Shown: positions 38,050-51,355 of the stretch, piece by piece
How the letters are laid out: every line of letters starts with the position of its first letter
Position numbering within the stretch: position 1 is the first letter of the stretch
Origin: Octopus vulgaris
Lineage: Eukaryota
Direction: 5' to 3'
Assembly (NCBI GenBank): GCA_951406725.2
Contig: OX597818.1
Coordinates: forward strand, 105,276,001 to 105,340,000
Length of the DNA stretch: 64,000 nucleotides
Position numbers and translations under genes: made by a program
The notes under the pieces: model-generated
What the model was told of the DNA's origin: nothing
The model's input: the letters and a program-made list of their open reading frames with translations, nothing else
The model's database searches: none

Positions 38050-39760
38050 AAAAAACATGTTGAAAACTGATTTTCATATTTGCTGATAAAAATAATTTTA
38101 GTTTTCATGAGTCAACAAGGGTGTGTCTTGACTTTTGTTTTTAATGATTTTGCACTGATGATGAGGTTGTTTCATATGGCCCTTACAAACCATTTTAAGA
38201 CTGGGGAGACTGATGCTGTTTATGTTCCTTTTGAGCAGTTGCAAGTTGACAATTACAGGAAAAATATAAACAGGAAGAGATTTCCAGGAGATTGGAATTC
38301 TGGATCAGAAAGACTAGACAAAAGGGCTTGTGTGAAGCCTAAGTGGTTGAACACAATGTGAAGGATGAAAAGAGAAGGGAAGGAAGAGAGTCAATAAGAG
38401 GTAGCTATACCTGAGAGACAGCTACAACTATTGTAGTAGTGTTAGAAGAGCAAATGAGAGAAGATAGTATGTTTGTTGACCAGAGCATAGAATGTATTGA
38501 TGACAAATGTTATGCCATTGAGTCAAATGGTTTTTCTCTGATTGCTATCTGGGATGATTGTGTTTGTAAAATAGCAACACCATCCCAAATAAGGATGTTA
38601 TTTCCATTATGGGCTTCACTTGTAGGGTTAGTAGTTATAATGAGTTGAAGTATTTTATGGCTCTGAAGAGAAAAGACAGTCTTGTGATTACCAAAAGACA
38701 TTATCAGTGATGTTGAGGCCAAACGTTTCTAGTGACCTTGAGGGTTCTTGTAACATGGTGTATCTGTTTAGGTTGAGGTGAGGGTATGATAATGCTTTCT
38801 TGATCTGTGCAATGATTGTGACTTTGTGCTGGTGAAAGAGACAAGATTGGCATGGAGTTTATGTAGTGTGTGTCATGGTATTGTAATACTGAGTTGCGTT
38901 TATGTAGTATGCTATTGTAGAGTGGTGTTTATATAGACTAAGTACTGTGTAGGTTTTATTAGATGGCAACTGTATACACTATTAATTAAGCATGTTTCTA
39001 ATGTTATAGTGTATTAGTAAAATAAGAGTATGTGCTTTATTTTATTGGGTGATGAGTGTATAAAATGAAAGCACATAGCCTAATTTTTAGGGTGCTCTGC
39101 TTTTGATCATAATGTCCTTGGCTTAATTCTTGGACAGAGCGGCATATTGAGTTCTTCATCAGGGTACTTCATTTCATGTTACTCCCATCTACTCAGCTGA
39201 AAATGAGTACCAGGTGAATGTTGTTGTGGTCCTCTCTTTCACTTTAGCTGTTACACTCTGGATGTTCCAATGAGTCAAAGGCTTAGAGAGTCAAGGGAGT
39301 GTCTATGTCTGTCCTCAATTTCATTGGTATATAAAACAATTAGTGAACATATGATTCGTGTTACCTACCCATACTCATTCATCGATGAGGGTTGGTTTAT
39401 TTAAGATAGCCTGTGTGATTGATGCTTTCAATATTTTTGTTTACAGATTTGGTATGAAGTGTTTTGGTTGCATGTAGATGATGATTGGGCATAGAAGGTT
39501 GGGGAGGAATGAAAGTGGCATCATCTACATAAGTGTGGCTATTGTTGGTGATAAGAAGAAAGTTTTGATGTACAGGTAATAGAGTGTAGGGTGTAAAACC
39601 CAATATTGGGACATATTGAAGCTGATAGAGCTTGAGACAGACAGAGCTCCATTATTGCTAAATTCAATAGTGTAATCTGATATGAAGACTCTGATCCAAG
39701 AAACAAAAGCTAAATGGAGTCCATAGACAGATAGCTTACCTAGAAATAACAGTTAAGTGT
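38050..39760 (-). mobile_element. Highly decayed non-LTR retrotransposon fragments, interrupted by a SINE-like insert (~39130-39370)
   Basis: Minus-strand remnants TYVDDATF (YADD-like) and GKLSVYGL..SWI..FIS (RT domain 3-4-like), and a possible APE-like DGVAIL. Heavily degraded. Confidence 0.45.
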
Positions 39761-40109
39761 CCTTCATGTCTCATCTTATCATTATAAAAACAGTACACTT
39801 TGGATAATGTTATTCTAGATGCCTTATATCTAACATACGATAAATGTAAAAGATATAGTATGATATATATATACTAATACATTACAGACATAATAAGATA
39901 TACTAGATATAATATAGGCACAGGTGTGGCTGTGTGGTAAGAAGTTTGCTTCTCAACCACATGGTCTCAGATTCAGTCTCACTGCATGACACCTTGGGCA
40001 AGTGTCTTCTAATATAGCCACAGGCCAACAAAAGCCATGGAAGTGGATTTGGTAGACAGAACCTGAAAGAAGCCATCATATATATGGATATGTGTGTGCA
40101 TGTGTGTAT

Positions 40110-40316
40110 ATGATGGAGTGCTGAAAAGTTCCTGACTCTGGGTAAAAGAAAATACAGGAGGATCAGTTAATTATGATTTGATTCAACATATTTCCCCCTC
40201 ACATTCACACAATTATTGCATCAGTCCTTCAGTTTTCCTAAGCCTTGTAAAAGCCATTGCCACCAAGGCCTTTCGCAATACCCTTAAAGCCAGGAACTTT
40301 TCAGCAACCCCATCAT
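40110..40316. mobile_element. Mariner-derived MITE inside a SINE
   Basis: TIRs ATGATGGAGTGCTGAAAAGTTCCTG / CAGGAACTTTTCAGCAACCCCATCAT. Confidence 0.8.
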
Positions 40317-41512
40317 CTATGTGTGCATGTGTATTATTGTCTCCTTGCCTTGACCTCATATAATACTTGTAAATGAATGTCACTGACACACAAGTGGTGT
40401 CCTTTATTTCTAATTTTCTGCAAAAAAATTCCAGATCATAGGGAATATTACCTTACTTAGAAGCAGATGAGTGTCGGCAACAGGGAAAGCATGCCTCAAC
40501 AAATGCCATCCAATCTATGCAACCTACCTCAACAAATACCATCCAATCCATGCAAACATGAAAAATTGGACATTAAATGATGATGATGACGATAGGATAT
40601 AATAGATGTAATAATACATTGTAGATATAATAATTCAATAGGGTAGGAAATTCATGACAGAAATGTCATTGGATCAGAAGTCAGCTAGTTCAGAAGCTAT
40701 ACAACAGCATATTAGTCATTAAATAATATTATTTTCTCTTAATATATTACAGATATAATAATTTAATAGGATTGGGAAGTCATGGTAGGAATGCCACTGG
40801 ATCATAACTCAGCTTGTTCAGGAGCTAAACAACAGTATATTAGTCATCAACCAATACTATTTTCTCTTTGTCTCATACCTGAGTATACTTTAACTGTTAA
40901 TTTTAGTAATTAAATATGCATTGTCACATGTCTAATTATAGTGCACAGGTTGTCCTACACAAATTCAATTAGTCAGCATTTCTCTTGCCTTGTAAATATG
41001 CAATTTAATTTGAACATTTTGATTGTTTAATGAGTACACATTCACCTGATCTTTAACCTTATCTCTAAACATAAATCTATAAAACAAAACTGTAACAATG
41101 GCTGGATATATGTATAGATGTGTGTGAAAGAGAGAGAAAGAACTAGAGAGAAAGGGGGAGAGAGAGAAAGAGCTAGGGAGAAAGGGGGAGAGAGAGAAAT
41201 AGAGAGAAAGGAGGGAAAGAGAGAAAGTGTGTGTGTTTGTGCATGTGTCCTAGTGTATTTATGTATGTATATTTAAATACATGTATAATTGTATGTGAAT
41301 ATTTCTTGTAAAAAATGTAATCTGAAGACATTTTGAAGTGTCTGTTGTTCATAATAGTGTTAATGTTTTGCAGCTTCAGCCATACACCAATCTCTTTAAA
41401 CAGTTTTCTTCTTCTTCATGTGTTATACGTACAAAGAATGGTAATCATAAATATTCACCCCCTCCCTCCTGTCCAACACACAACTCGGCATGCTATTATG
41501 AAAAGGATTATA

Positions 41513-41555
<43 letters not shown>

Positions 41556-42477
41556 GGAGCTTCTACAGGACTAGAACTGTTTCATTCAAAAGAAATCATC
41601 AGGAAGCTCATATATATATGCATACATGTACATACATACATATAAATATATATATATGTATATATATGTATATGTTATTATTGCATACATATACACACAC
41701 ACACACAAACATGCATGCACACATACACACATGCATGCGTGCTCGTGCACACACACACACACATACATACATACATACATACATACATACATACATACAT
41801 GGTGATTGCTTCATCTTCACAGACGATTGCTGTCCCTTTGTGCTTCCGTGTCATTGACATTTTTGACTTTCTGTCCATGACCTCTCAGAGGACTATTCAC
41901 ATGTTGCATCACATCCATCGCTATAGGACACTCAGTAGATGAAATAACAAATGAAGCCACCATAAAGAGACATCTGTACTTCATTACATTATAATAATAA
42001 ACTTTCACATGACATGAGGACCACTCCCTGAATCTCCACAGTGACCAATAATTTACGTGAAACTGCATGTTTTGCATCAGAGTGTCCCTCTTCTAGAAGG
42101 CTGCTATGACAACAGTCAGTAGGCCCTCAGTCTTGGTGGGCTGGCTAATTAACCAATTGTCGGGACCCATGTAGGTACTACTACTTCTGGTCAGAATAGA
42201 CTCAGGAGCAATAATGAAAAAGAAGTGGTTCCACACTCCTCAAAACCCAGGAGCTGAACTAGTGCTCCATTATCATATGTATTCTTTTACTCTTTTATTT
42301 GTGACCAGTACTTTTATTGTTTTTTAAAGTCTGGTATTTATTCTGTTTGTCTTTATTGTTGAACCACTAAGTTACAGGGGCATAAACACACCAACACCGG
42401 TTGTCAAGAGATGGTGGGGGACAAACAGAGACACAAATGCACACACATATGCACATATATATATATATATATATATA

Positions 42478-43346
42478 CAGAGTGCAGTGAATAAACTGTC
42501 TAAATAATGCAAAAATGAAAATAACACTGGCATCTCATTTTAACAAATCTATTTACCAAAATTACATAAAAATATCTTGAAATACTAAAGAGTAAATTTA
42601 TTCAATAAAATTGCCATCAGCTTCAACCACAGCTTCCAGATGACTTTGGAATCTCCTGCAGCTCTTCTGGACAGTTTCCTTGTTTAAGTTGGTGAATGCT
42701 GCCATAATCCTTGCCTTCAGCTCATCTTTGGTGTTACAAGGAGTTTTGTTGGTCACTCTCTCAACTGCACCCCACACATAATAATCAAGGGGTTGCAGTC
42801 TGGGGAGTTAGGTGGCTAGATGTTAGGGGTGGCATAGTTGTAGAAATTGTCTGACAGCCACAACCGGGTTCTCTTGCTTGTGTAGCATGGTGCAGAATCC
42901 TGTTGCCAGACATAGGGTCTTCCAGCAGCTATTCTCTTGACCCAGGGCAGCACTACCTCCTCCAGGAACTTGATGCAGGCCTCTGTGTTGAGTCTGAGGA
43001 TGTGTGTGAAGATGAATGAAGGCATAACATCACCATCATTAGCAATCACACCAAACACTATGATGTTGACTAGATGCTTGATTTTTATCACTCTCAGTAC
43101 ATGTCCTCAGACTGACACCCAAACACTCTGAAATGTTCATATTGGAGCTTCTGGTGCAAATGCTAAGCAGTACAGCATATCATTTCCAAATTTCTGGCAG
43201 AATGAATTCCATCATTGTGCTGTTTTTCTCACAGACAGTGCCCAACTAACCCTACTATACTGTGTAGTTGACAAAATCAAAAACAAACAATACACATGCA
43301 TGCAATTGAAAATATAAAACGTCGACAATTTACCCATTGCACCCTA
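42478..43346 (-). mobile_element. Internally deleted Tc1/mariner-superfamily transposon
   Basis: Imperfect TIRs CAGAGTGCAGTGAATAAACTGTC / GACAATTTACCCATTGCACCCTA. Motifs VFGVIANDG, VWQQDSAP and PPNSPDCNP are present. Confidence 0.85.
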
Positions 43347-44467
43347 CAGATAAACACACCAACACTGGTTGTCAAGCAATAGTGGGGAATAAACACAAAC
43401 ACACACATATGACAATCTTCTTTCAGTTTCTGTCTACCAAATCAGCTCACAAGGTCTTGGTTGGTCTTGGTAGAAGACACTTGCCTGAAGTGCTATGCTG
43501 TGGGACTGAACCCAACACCATGTGGTTAAGAAACCAGCTTCTTACCACACAGCCACTTTATCATAGATAAAGGTACAAGGAAAAGAAAAAAGAGAAAATT
43601 ATATTTAGATTTGAATGGATCCAACCTGGAGCTAAACAATAATAACAAGTACAACAATTGTTTCTGATTTGGGTACAAAGCCCGTAATTTTGTTGGAAGG
43701 CCTTAGTCAATTTACATTAATTCCATACTAAGTTATTACTTTATTTTATCGACCCTGAAAGGATGAACGGGAAAGCTGAACCTCAGTGGGATTTGAACTC
43801 AGAACATAAAAAAGTAGAACAAATCCCATAAAGTATTTTCTTCAACACTCTAATGTTTCTCCCAAGCCACAACTCTAAGCAATAATCCTTTCCACTATGG
43901 GTACAAGACCTAAAATTTTAGGGGACGCAGGGGGTGGGAGTGGGTCTAGTTAATTGCATCAACCTCAGTGCTCAACTAGTGCTTAATTTTATCAACTCTG
44001 AAAGGGTGAAATGCAAATTCTACCTCAGCTGAATTTGAACTCCGATTGTAAAAGTGAACGAAATACCACTAGACATTTTGCTCATCATGTTAATGATTCT
44101 TCCAGCTCACCATCTTACCACTCTTAGCAATAATAATAGTAACAACCACTATACCAAACTATTTTCATGAAGAACACCAATATTTGAAAAGCCTACTTGT
44201 ATACATGTGGTTACAATAGGGTAGTCAAAGCAATGGCTTGAGTGGCTATAAACAGTAGAGTGTGTCTCAAACAATAAATGTAAGAAGACATAGGCAAATC
44301 ACCCAGCTAATGTTTAGTAGCAAACCTAGACAAAGTATTTTCACAAACTTTGTCAACTTCATTCCTTGAATCATTGAATATAAAAGAGAAAAGAGAGAGA
44401 GAGAGAGAGCATATGCCAGCATAGAAAGTGGAGCTTAAATGATGACAATGATGAGAACAACATCATA

Positions 44468-44498
<31 letters not shown>

Positions 44499-44640
44499 AA
44501 GAAGAAGAAGAAGAAGAAGAAGAAGAAGAAGAAGAAGAAGAAGAAGAAGAAGAAGAAGAAGAAGAAGAAGAAGAAGGAGGAGGAGGAGACCAACAACAAC
44601 AACAACAACAACAACAACTGCCATCGCCACCACCACCTCT
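44468..44640. repeat. Compound trinucleotide microsatellite (CTG)n(GAA)n(GGA)n(CAA)n
   Basis: Directly visible adjacent tracts. Confidence 0.95.
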
Positions 44641-45696
44641 ACTCAGCAAGTGATCCTCATCCTTTTCAGAAATAGCATCCAGATCTCTCTAAAATTCAAA
44701 CTTTTCATCATAAGAAAAAGAAAAACATATTGAAGAATGTAATTCTAGCTTCAGAACATTTAAGAGGGCTGCAGGACCTATGAGAGTTGGGTGCAAGACT
44801 TCGAAGAAGAATGTACAAGACCTTCTGAAAGTAGTTGTAAGATATACATTATACTCAGGACTATGAATTAGGATTTTAGAAAATGATTGTACATATTGAA
44901 ATGGAGAATAGCTTTCACATTTTGAAAAAAAAAAAAAGGCTCATGTAAAAAACTTTATAACCCCAGATAAAACTTTCTTTTTTAATCATTGCATGTGTCC
45001 ACTGCATCTGGTGTAAAAAAAAAAAAACATATAAAGGACAAACAGATCAAGGCTATAACATCTTTGATCATAAGTCTGTTCAATCAACTACTGACATGGT
45101 GCAACAACAAAAATAAAAATGACAGCTGCACACATTAAAGCAGAGAAGAAGAACCTCTTTTGTTTGCAATTTTTGTAAGTTAACAATGTAGTAGCCAGCA
45201 GATTTTCAGTACCAGAAATATTCCATCAACCACAAACGTTTATCATGTCACTACTTCTCTCCACTACTTTCTACTACACATCTCATTTACTTAACTACTC
45301 ATATTTTATTTGTTTTGCTTAACTATGAATAAGTCTCCTGTTATTCTTCTTTTCTATATGCCACTGTCATACTTTCTTTCTTATAGTTATTTGCAAATTG
45401 TTCCGTCCTTGGATGTCGCATCTACTTAATGTCTGTTGAGGATGACATACTTTCTGAACAATTATACATCATTCCTGGTTGTAAAAACGTCACACACAGA
45501 CATATACACATGTATATGTGTATATATGTGTGTGTGTGTCTGTGTGTGTGTGTGTGTGTCTGTGTCTGTGTATGTATATATATATTGCATGTATGTGTAC
45601 ATACGTGTATATGTCTCTATATGTTTATGTGTGTATATATATGTATGCATGCATATATATGTGTGTGTGCACACGTACGCACACTCACACACACAT

Positions 45697-45757
<61 letters not shown>

Positions 45758-45789
45758 ACACATATGTATATCTTATTGAGAATATTCAC

Positions 45790-46400
45790 TCTTGAGGCTC
45801 ATCACATAAAGCTATAAATAAAAGTGTGTTGAAAATCCCCTTTGGATAGGAAAAGTTGAGGGCTGCCTATGGAACTCAAGCCCACATCTATCAATATGAT
45901 GGGCATTCTACCATGAGACCAATGCAATTCTTTGAATTTCTCAATCTATTTTAGAAACTTTATTCTTACCAGCCAACATTGTATGTTGTTGATATCTTAA
46001 GTGTCCCATGGGCAGCTTTCAAAATTTCTATACAAAAGGGTTTTTCAACCCAGTATTTACATGTTATTACTTATAGTATTATGTAATGTGCCTCGAGGGC
46101 CAATACTCCAAAAAAGAATTATTTCATGTTCTTCCAAAAGTTTATAAATTCTTATGACATCAATACAATTTTTGTAAACAAGAAAAAAGTTCCTAAAATG
46201 AAATAGAAAAATTTGAAAGATTGCTTTGGTCCAATGGTAGAGCACCTCTCATGTCTACAGGGGATGTGGGTTGGAATTCCAAGGGCAGCCTTTGACTTTT
46301 TCTATCCAAAAGGAGTTTTGCAACCCAATATTTATGTGCTATTATTTTATAATTTTATGTGAGAGCCAATACTCCTGCCCAAAGAAAAAGAACTATTTCA
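45790..46400. mobile_element. Three partial copies of a tRNA-headed element, one inverted and two direct
   Basis: GGCAGC.TT..A..TTTCTAT.CAAAAGG..TTTT.CAACCCA.TATTTA occurs at ~46010 and ~46284, and inverted at ~45828-45868. A/B-box-like TGGTCCAATGG..GGTTGGAATTCC lies at ~46227-46280. Confidence 0.65.
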
Positions 46401-46507
46401 TATTCACTTAAAAGTTTATAAATTCATAGGACAGCAGTACCCCAGCATGGCTGCAGCCTCAAGTCTGAAATCATCATAAAAAAAATTATACATATATATA
46501 TATATAA

Positions 46508-49003
46508 TAAGTAGGAAGGTAGACAATCCACAAATATCCTCAGGAAGATGGCCCTGCTCGATCTGTAGAAAAGGTGTAGGTAGAAACTCTATAAGATGTA
46601 CCCAGTGTAAGCTATGGACACATAAGAGGTGCAGCAATGTCAAAGGTAGGCTAACTGGGAGATAGTTTTTGTATGTGGCAGATGCTCGGGAGCATTGACC
46701 TCCGAAAATCTGCAGAAAACAACTTCCGTCACTTTCCAGGGGGAAAAACTAGAAGTAGTTGATAGCTTCCGTTATCTAGGTGACCAAGTCAGTAGTGGGG
46801 GTGGGTGCGCTGAAAGTGTAACTGCTAGAATAAGAATAGCCTGGGCAAAGTTTAGGGAGCTCTTACCTCTGCTGGTAAAAGGCAGACTGTATGATGTAAA
46901 AGGCAGACTGTATGATGCATGTGTACGAACAGCCATGCTACATGGCAGTGAAACATGGGCCGTGACTGCTGAGGACATGCGTAAGCTCGTGAGGAATGAA
47001 GCCAGTATGCTCCGATGGATGTGTAATGTCAGTGTACTTACTCGACAGAGCGTTAGTACCTTGAGAGAAAAGTTGAACCTAAGAAGCGTCAGTTGTGGTG
47101 TGCAAGAGAGACGGCTGCACTGGTATGGTCATGTGACGAGAATGGCTGAAGATAGTTGTGTGCAAAAGTGCTACACCCTAGCAGTTGAGGGAACCTGTGG
47201 AAGAGGTAGACCCAGGAAAACCTGGGACGAGGTGGTGAAGCACGACCTTCGAACTTTAGGTCTCACTAAGGAAATGACTAGAGACCGAGACCTATGGAAG
47301 TATGCTGTGCGTGAGAAGACCCAGCAAGACTAGTTAGGCCATAACCCGTGGCCCCTATCTGGGACGTAGTCAGTCCACCTGTGCATACCTTCCTTCTTGT
47401 GACACTTGTGAAGACCTGTTGAGGCAAGTGAAAATCAAAATCAAAATCAAAATCAAATCAAATCAAAGCAAATCAAAATAGATGAACATCAATGGAATTT
47501 GTATCTTTGTGGTACCAGTGCCGGTGGCACACAAGAAAACCATCCGAACGTGGCCGTAGCCCGTACTGCATCGACTGGCCTCTGTGCTGTGGGCACATAA
47601 ACACCATCTGATCGTGGCCGTTCGCCAGCCTCATCTGGCACCTGTGTCGGTGGCACATAAAAACACCATCCGAAGACCCGGCAAGACTAGTCAGGCCATA
47701 ACTCGTGGCCCCTACCTGGGACGTAGTCAGTCCACCTGTGCATACCATCCTTCTTGTGACACTTGTGAAGACCTGTTGAAGCAAGTGAAAATCAAATCAA
47801 ATCAAATCAAATCAAAACAAATCAAAATAGATGAACATCAATGGAATTTGTATCTTTGTGATACCAGTGCCGGTGGCACACAAGAAAACCATCCGAACGT
47901 GGCCGTAGCCAGTACCGCATCGACTGGCCTCCGTGCTGTGGGCACATAACAAACACCATCCAATCGTGGCCGTTCGCCAGCCTCATCTGGCACCTGTGTC
48001 GGCGGCACATAAAAACACCATCCGAAGACCCGGCAAGACTAGTCAGGCCATAACCCGTGGCCCCTACCTGGGACGTAGTCAGTCCACCTGTGCATACCTT
48101 CCTTCCTTCTTGTGACACTTGTGAAGACCTGTGAAGACCTGTTGAGGCAAGTGAAAATCAAATCAAATCAAATCAAAACAAATCAAAATAGATGAACATC
48201 AATGGAATTTGTATCTTTGTGGTACCAGTGCCGGTGGCACACAAGAAAACCATCCGAACGTGGCCATAGCCAGTACCGCATCGACTGGCCTCCATGCTGT
48301 GGGCACGTAACAAACACCATCCGATCGTGGCCGTTCGCCAGCCTCATCTGCCACCTGTGTCGGTGGCACATAAAAACACCATCCGAAGACCCGGCAAGAC
48401 TAGTCAGGCCATAACCCGTGGCCCCGACCTGGGACGTAGTCAGTCCACCTGTGCATACCTTCCTTCTTGTGACACTTGTGAAGACCTGTTGAGGCAAGTG
48501 AAAATCAAAACAAATCAAAATAGATGAACATCAATGGAATTTGTATCTTTGTGGTACCAGTGCCGGTGGTACACAAGAAAACCATCCGAATGTGGCCGTA
48601 GCCAGTACCGCATCGACTGGCCTCCGTGCTGTGGGCACGTAACAAACACCATCCGATCGTGGCCGTTCGCCAGCCTCATCTGGCACCTGTGTCGGTGGCA
48701 CATAAAAACACCATCCGAGCGTGGCCGTCTGCCAGCCTCGTCTGGCACCTGTGTTGGTGGCACATAAAAAACACCATCCGAGCGTGGCCGTTCGCCAGCC
48801 TCGTCTGGCACCTGTGTCGGTGGCACATAAAATCACCCACTACACTCTCGGAGTGGTTGGCGTTAGGAAGGGCATCCAGCTGTAGAAACACTGCCAGATC
48901 TGACTGGCCTGGTGCAGCCTTCGGGCTCCCCAGACCCCAGTTGAACCGTCCAACCCATGCTAGCAAGGAAAACGGACGCTAAATGATGATGATGATGATG
49001 ATG
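46508..49003 (+). mobile_element. 5'-truncated young RTE-clade LINE (copy 2) with PHD-type finger and tandemly amplified 3' UTR
   Basis: Reads CSICRKGVGRNSIRCTQCKLWTHKRC..FVCGRC, then LEVVDSFRYLG, LHGSETW, RRLHWYGHV and GRGRPRKTW, with a stop at 47333. CpG-rich 3' UTR and (GAT)n tail. Confidence 0.93.
47315..48720 (+). repeat. Four tandem copies of a ~355-bp RTE 3' segment
   Basis: Units start GAAGACCC.GCAAGACTAGT at 47315, 47672, 48024 and 48385. Each contains a variable (AAATC)n tract. Confidence 0.95.
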
Positions 49004-49034
<31 letters not shown>

Positions 49035-49130
49035 TTTATATATATATGTGTGTGTGTGTATACATATATTTACATATATATATATATCATCATCATCATC
49101 ATCATCATCATCGTTTAGCGTCCGTTTTCC

Positions 49131-49248
49131 ATGCTAGCATGGGTTGGACGGTTCTACTGGGGTCTGTGAAGCCAGAAGGCTTCATCAGGCCCAGTCAAGC
49201 CTTCTGGCTTCACAGACCCCAGTAGAACCGTCCAACCCATGCTAGCAT
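49131..49248. repeat. Perfect 52-bp inverted repeat with 14-nt loop (fold-back RTE tail)
   Basis: 49131-49182 is the exact reverse complement of 49197-49248. Confidence 0.95.
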
Positions 49249-49288
49249 ATATATATATATGTATATATATATGTATGTAGATCCATAC

Positions 49289-49322
<34 letters not shown>

Positions 49323-49575
49323 ACATATATATATATATAATTGAAAAATAGAATAAAATCTTTATAAGAATTTATCAAGTAGTTAGCATGAAAAACCTCA
49401 TAAGGGAAAAATGTATTAATATTTCCTTTTAAATATATCTATTTATATTGAAGGCATTACTATACATAAATGCCTCATGCTAGGAGGGACTCTTAAAGTC
49501 AAAACTACCATAAATATTTATTATTACATACTTCCAGGTTTGTGTTTGGGCTTCTGTCATGTATGAAAAGATAAC

Positions 49576-49920
49576 TGAAAAAATTTGGAGTCAACAAGGA
49601 GGAGTACAGTTGGACATTTATTTTCTAACACTATAATTGTTTCTATCCAACGTAGTTCTCCAAGCATGCAGGTACTTGATTAGTGGATATTACTAAGTTC
49701 AGGCCACAACAGACAGAGAGGATGCTCTTGAAGCTAGGAATTTGAACTCACGGAGACAATGCTTGCATATCATCTGAGGAAACACAACTAGATCTCATAA
49801 TGCAGGGAAACAGTTGCATAATCAAGTACCTGCATGCCTGAAGATCTACGTTGTGTAGAAACAATTGTTGTGATTGAAAATAAATGTCCAAACATACTCC
49901 TTGTTGACTCCATTTTTTCA
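49576..49920. repeat. Fold-back element with ~100-bp imperfect inverted arms and a hammerhead-like motif
   Basis: Arms at 49576-49682 and 49819-49920. The right arm contains CTGAAGA..GAAACAATTGT. Confidence 0.8.
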
Positions 49921-50006
49921 ATTATATATATATATATATATATACACACACAAACATACACACAGACACACACACACACACATACACACACACACACACA
50001 CACACA

Positions 50007-51097
50007 TACAGGGTGAAGAAACAAAATTTGCACAATTGCTGTAATATTTGAAACACTCTCATTACTCATCAATAAGTTTAGTAATTTAAAAATAGGTTAA
50101 GATTCGCATATAATTACAAAATTAATGACTTGTTCTATGTGGCTTCCATTGTTTGCAATTATGGCCTCTACTTGGCCCTGGAATCCTACCCAACTCTTTA
50201 CCATAAAGTCACTGATGTTAGAGTGGGAGGTTTTGTTGGTGGCATACTCCAAAATGCCCAACACAACATAGTCCAGAGGGTTGAGATCAGGGCTGGAAGA
50301 GGGCCAGAAAGCAGCAAAATTGGATTTACAGAAATTCTGTACCTTCCTGGCAGTTTCCTTTCAGGTAGTTGACCTGTTCTCATGGCTTGTAGAAGTAGGT
50401 GGGCATCTTTCTTCTATAGGAGGCCACAATTCCAAAGACCAAGACCTGGGCTGGATGATTTGTTCTGAAAGTACCACTGATGTCAGCTGTTGACTCTGTA
50501 ATGAACTGGTAATTTCTACAGTTCACAGCATCCACTGTGAAGATCTCATCAAAGAAACTTTTCAGTGGACCCATTCTTCTTGAGGTATGTGAGAACCGTT
50601 TTTCACTTCTCCAGTCTCCTGGCAGGTGTGTCTCAGGATCCTGGTTTAGGACTTGACATCCAAGTCATCATTTGCAGCTGATTGTCTTGGGGTCCACTTC
50701 AAGTTCAGAAACCAGCTTCCTCATGGATGTGATTGGGCCCATAGAAATTTTGGACTTGAGGGTGTTGATGAAGCTTTAATTCCACTCATTGCTGGCCCCA
50801 CCACTGCTGAAATTCCTCTGAATGCCATTGCCCATGTCCTTTCTCTTCTTGGCGTTATAAACTGTGCATCAGGATATTCCGATTATGCTTGAGATCCTCT
50901 TTGGATCGACTTGTGCATAGACTAAATCACATACTCTTTGGCATTTGTCTTCCTGTACAGTCATAATCTCCAATATTCCATTAAAAAAAGACTTTATTAT
51001 CAGCTGGTAATGTATTCTTTGTTCTGCATTAGGTTTCATATTATTTGGTGTAGTCATTGCTGTGAAGTATTAGTGTAACTTTTAATGCAAGTTTTGA
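50007..51097 (-). mobile_element. Decayed Tc1/mariner-superfamily transposon
   Basis: TACAGGGTG terminus. Minus-strand motifs FFDE.IFTVDAVN, QVLVFGIVAS and FWPSSSPDLNPLDYVV, plus an HTH-like N-terminus. The other TIR is eroded. Confidence 0.8.
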
Positions 51098-51151
51098 TAC
51101 ATACATATACAAACACACACACATATATGCATATATATGTATGTGTGCATG

Positions 51152-51183
<32 letters not shown>

Positions 51184-51251
51184 AATACATATATATGTAT
51201 ACATATATATACGTATACATATATATGTATGCATGTGTGTGTGTTTGTATG

Positions 51252-51355
<104 letters not shown>

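Noticed and set aside
44371-44675. Poly-Ser/Lys/Phe ORFs
   Set aside because: They come from a compound trinucleotide microsatellite with no exon support.
47315-48840. CRISPR array or repeat-protein gene (many overlapping ORFs)
   Set aside because: It is a duplicated LINE 3' UTR. The ORFs arise from GC-rich repeats on both strands.
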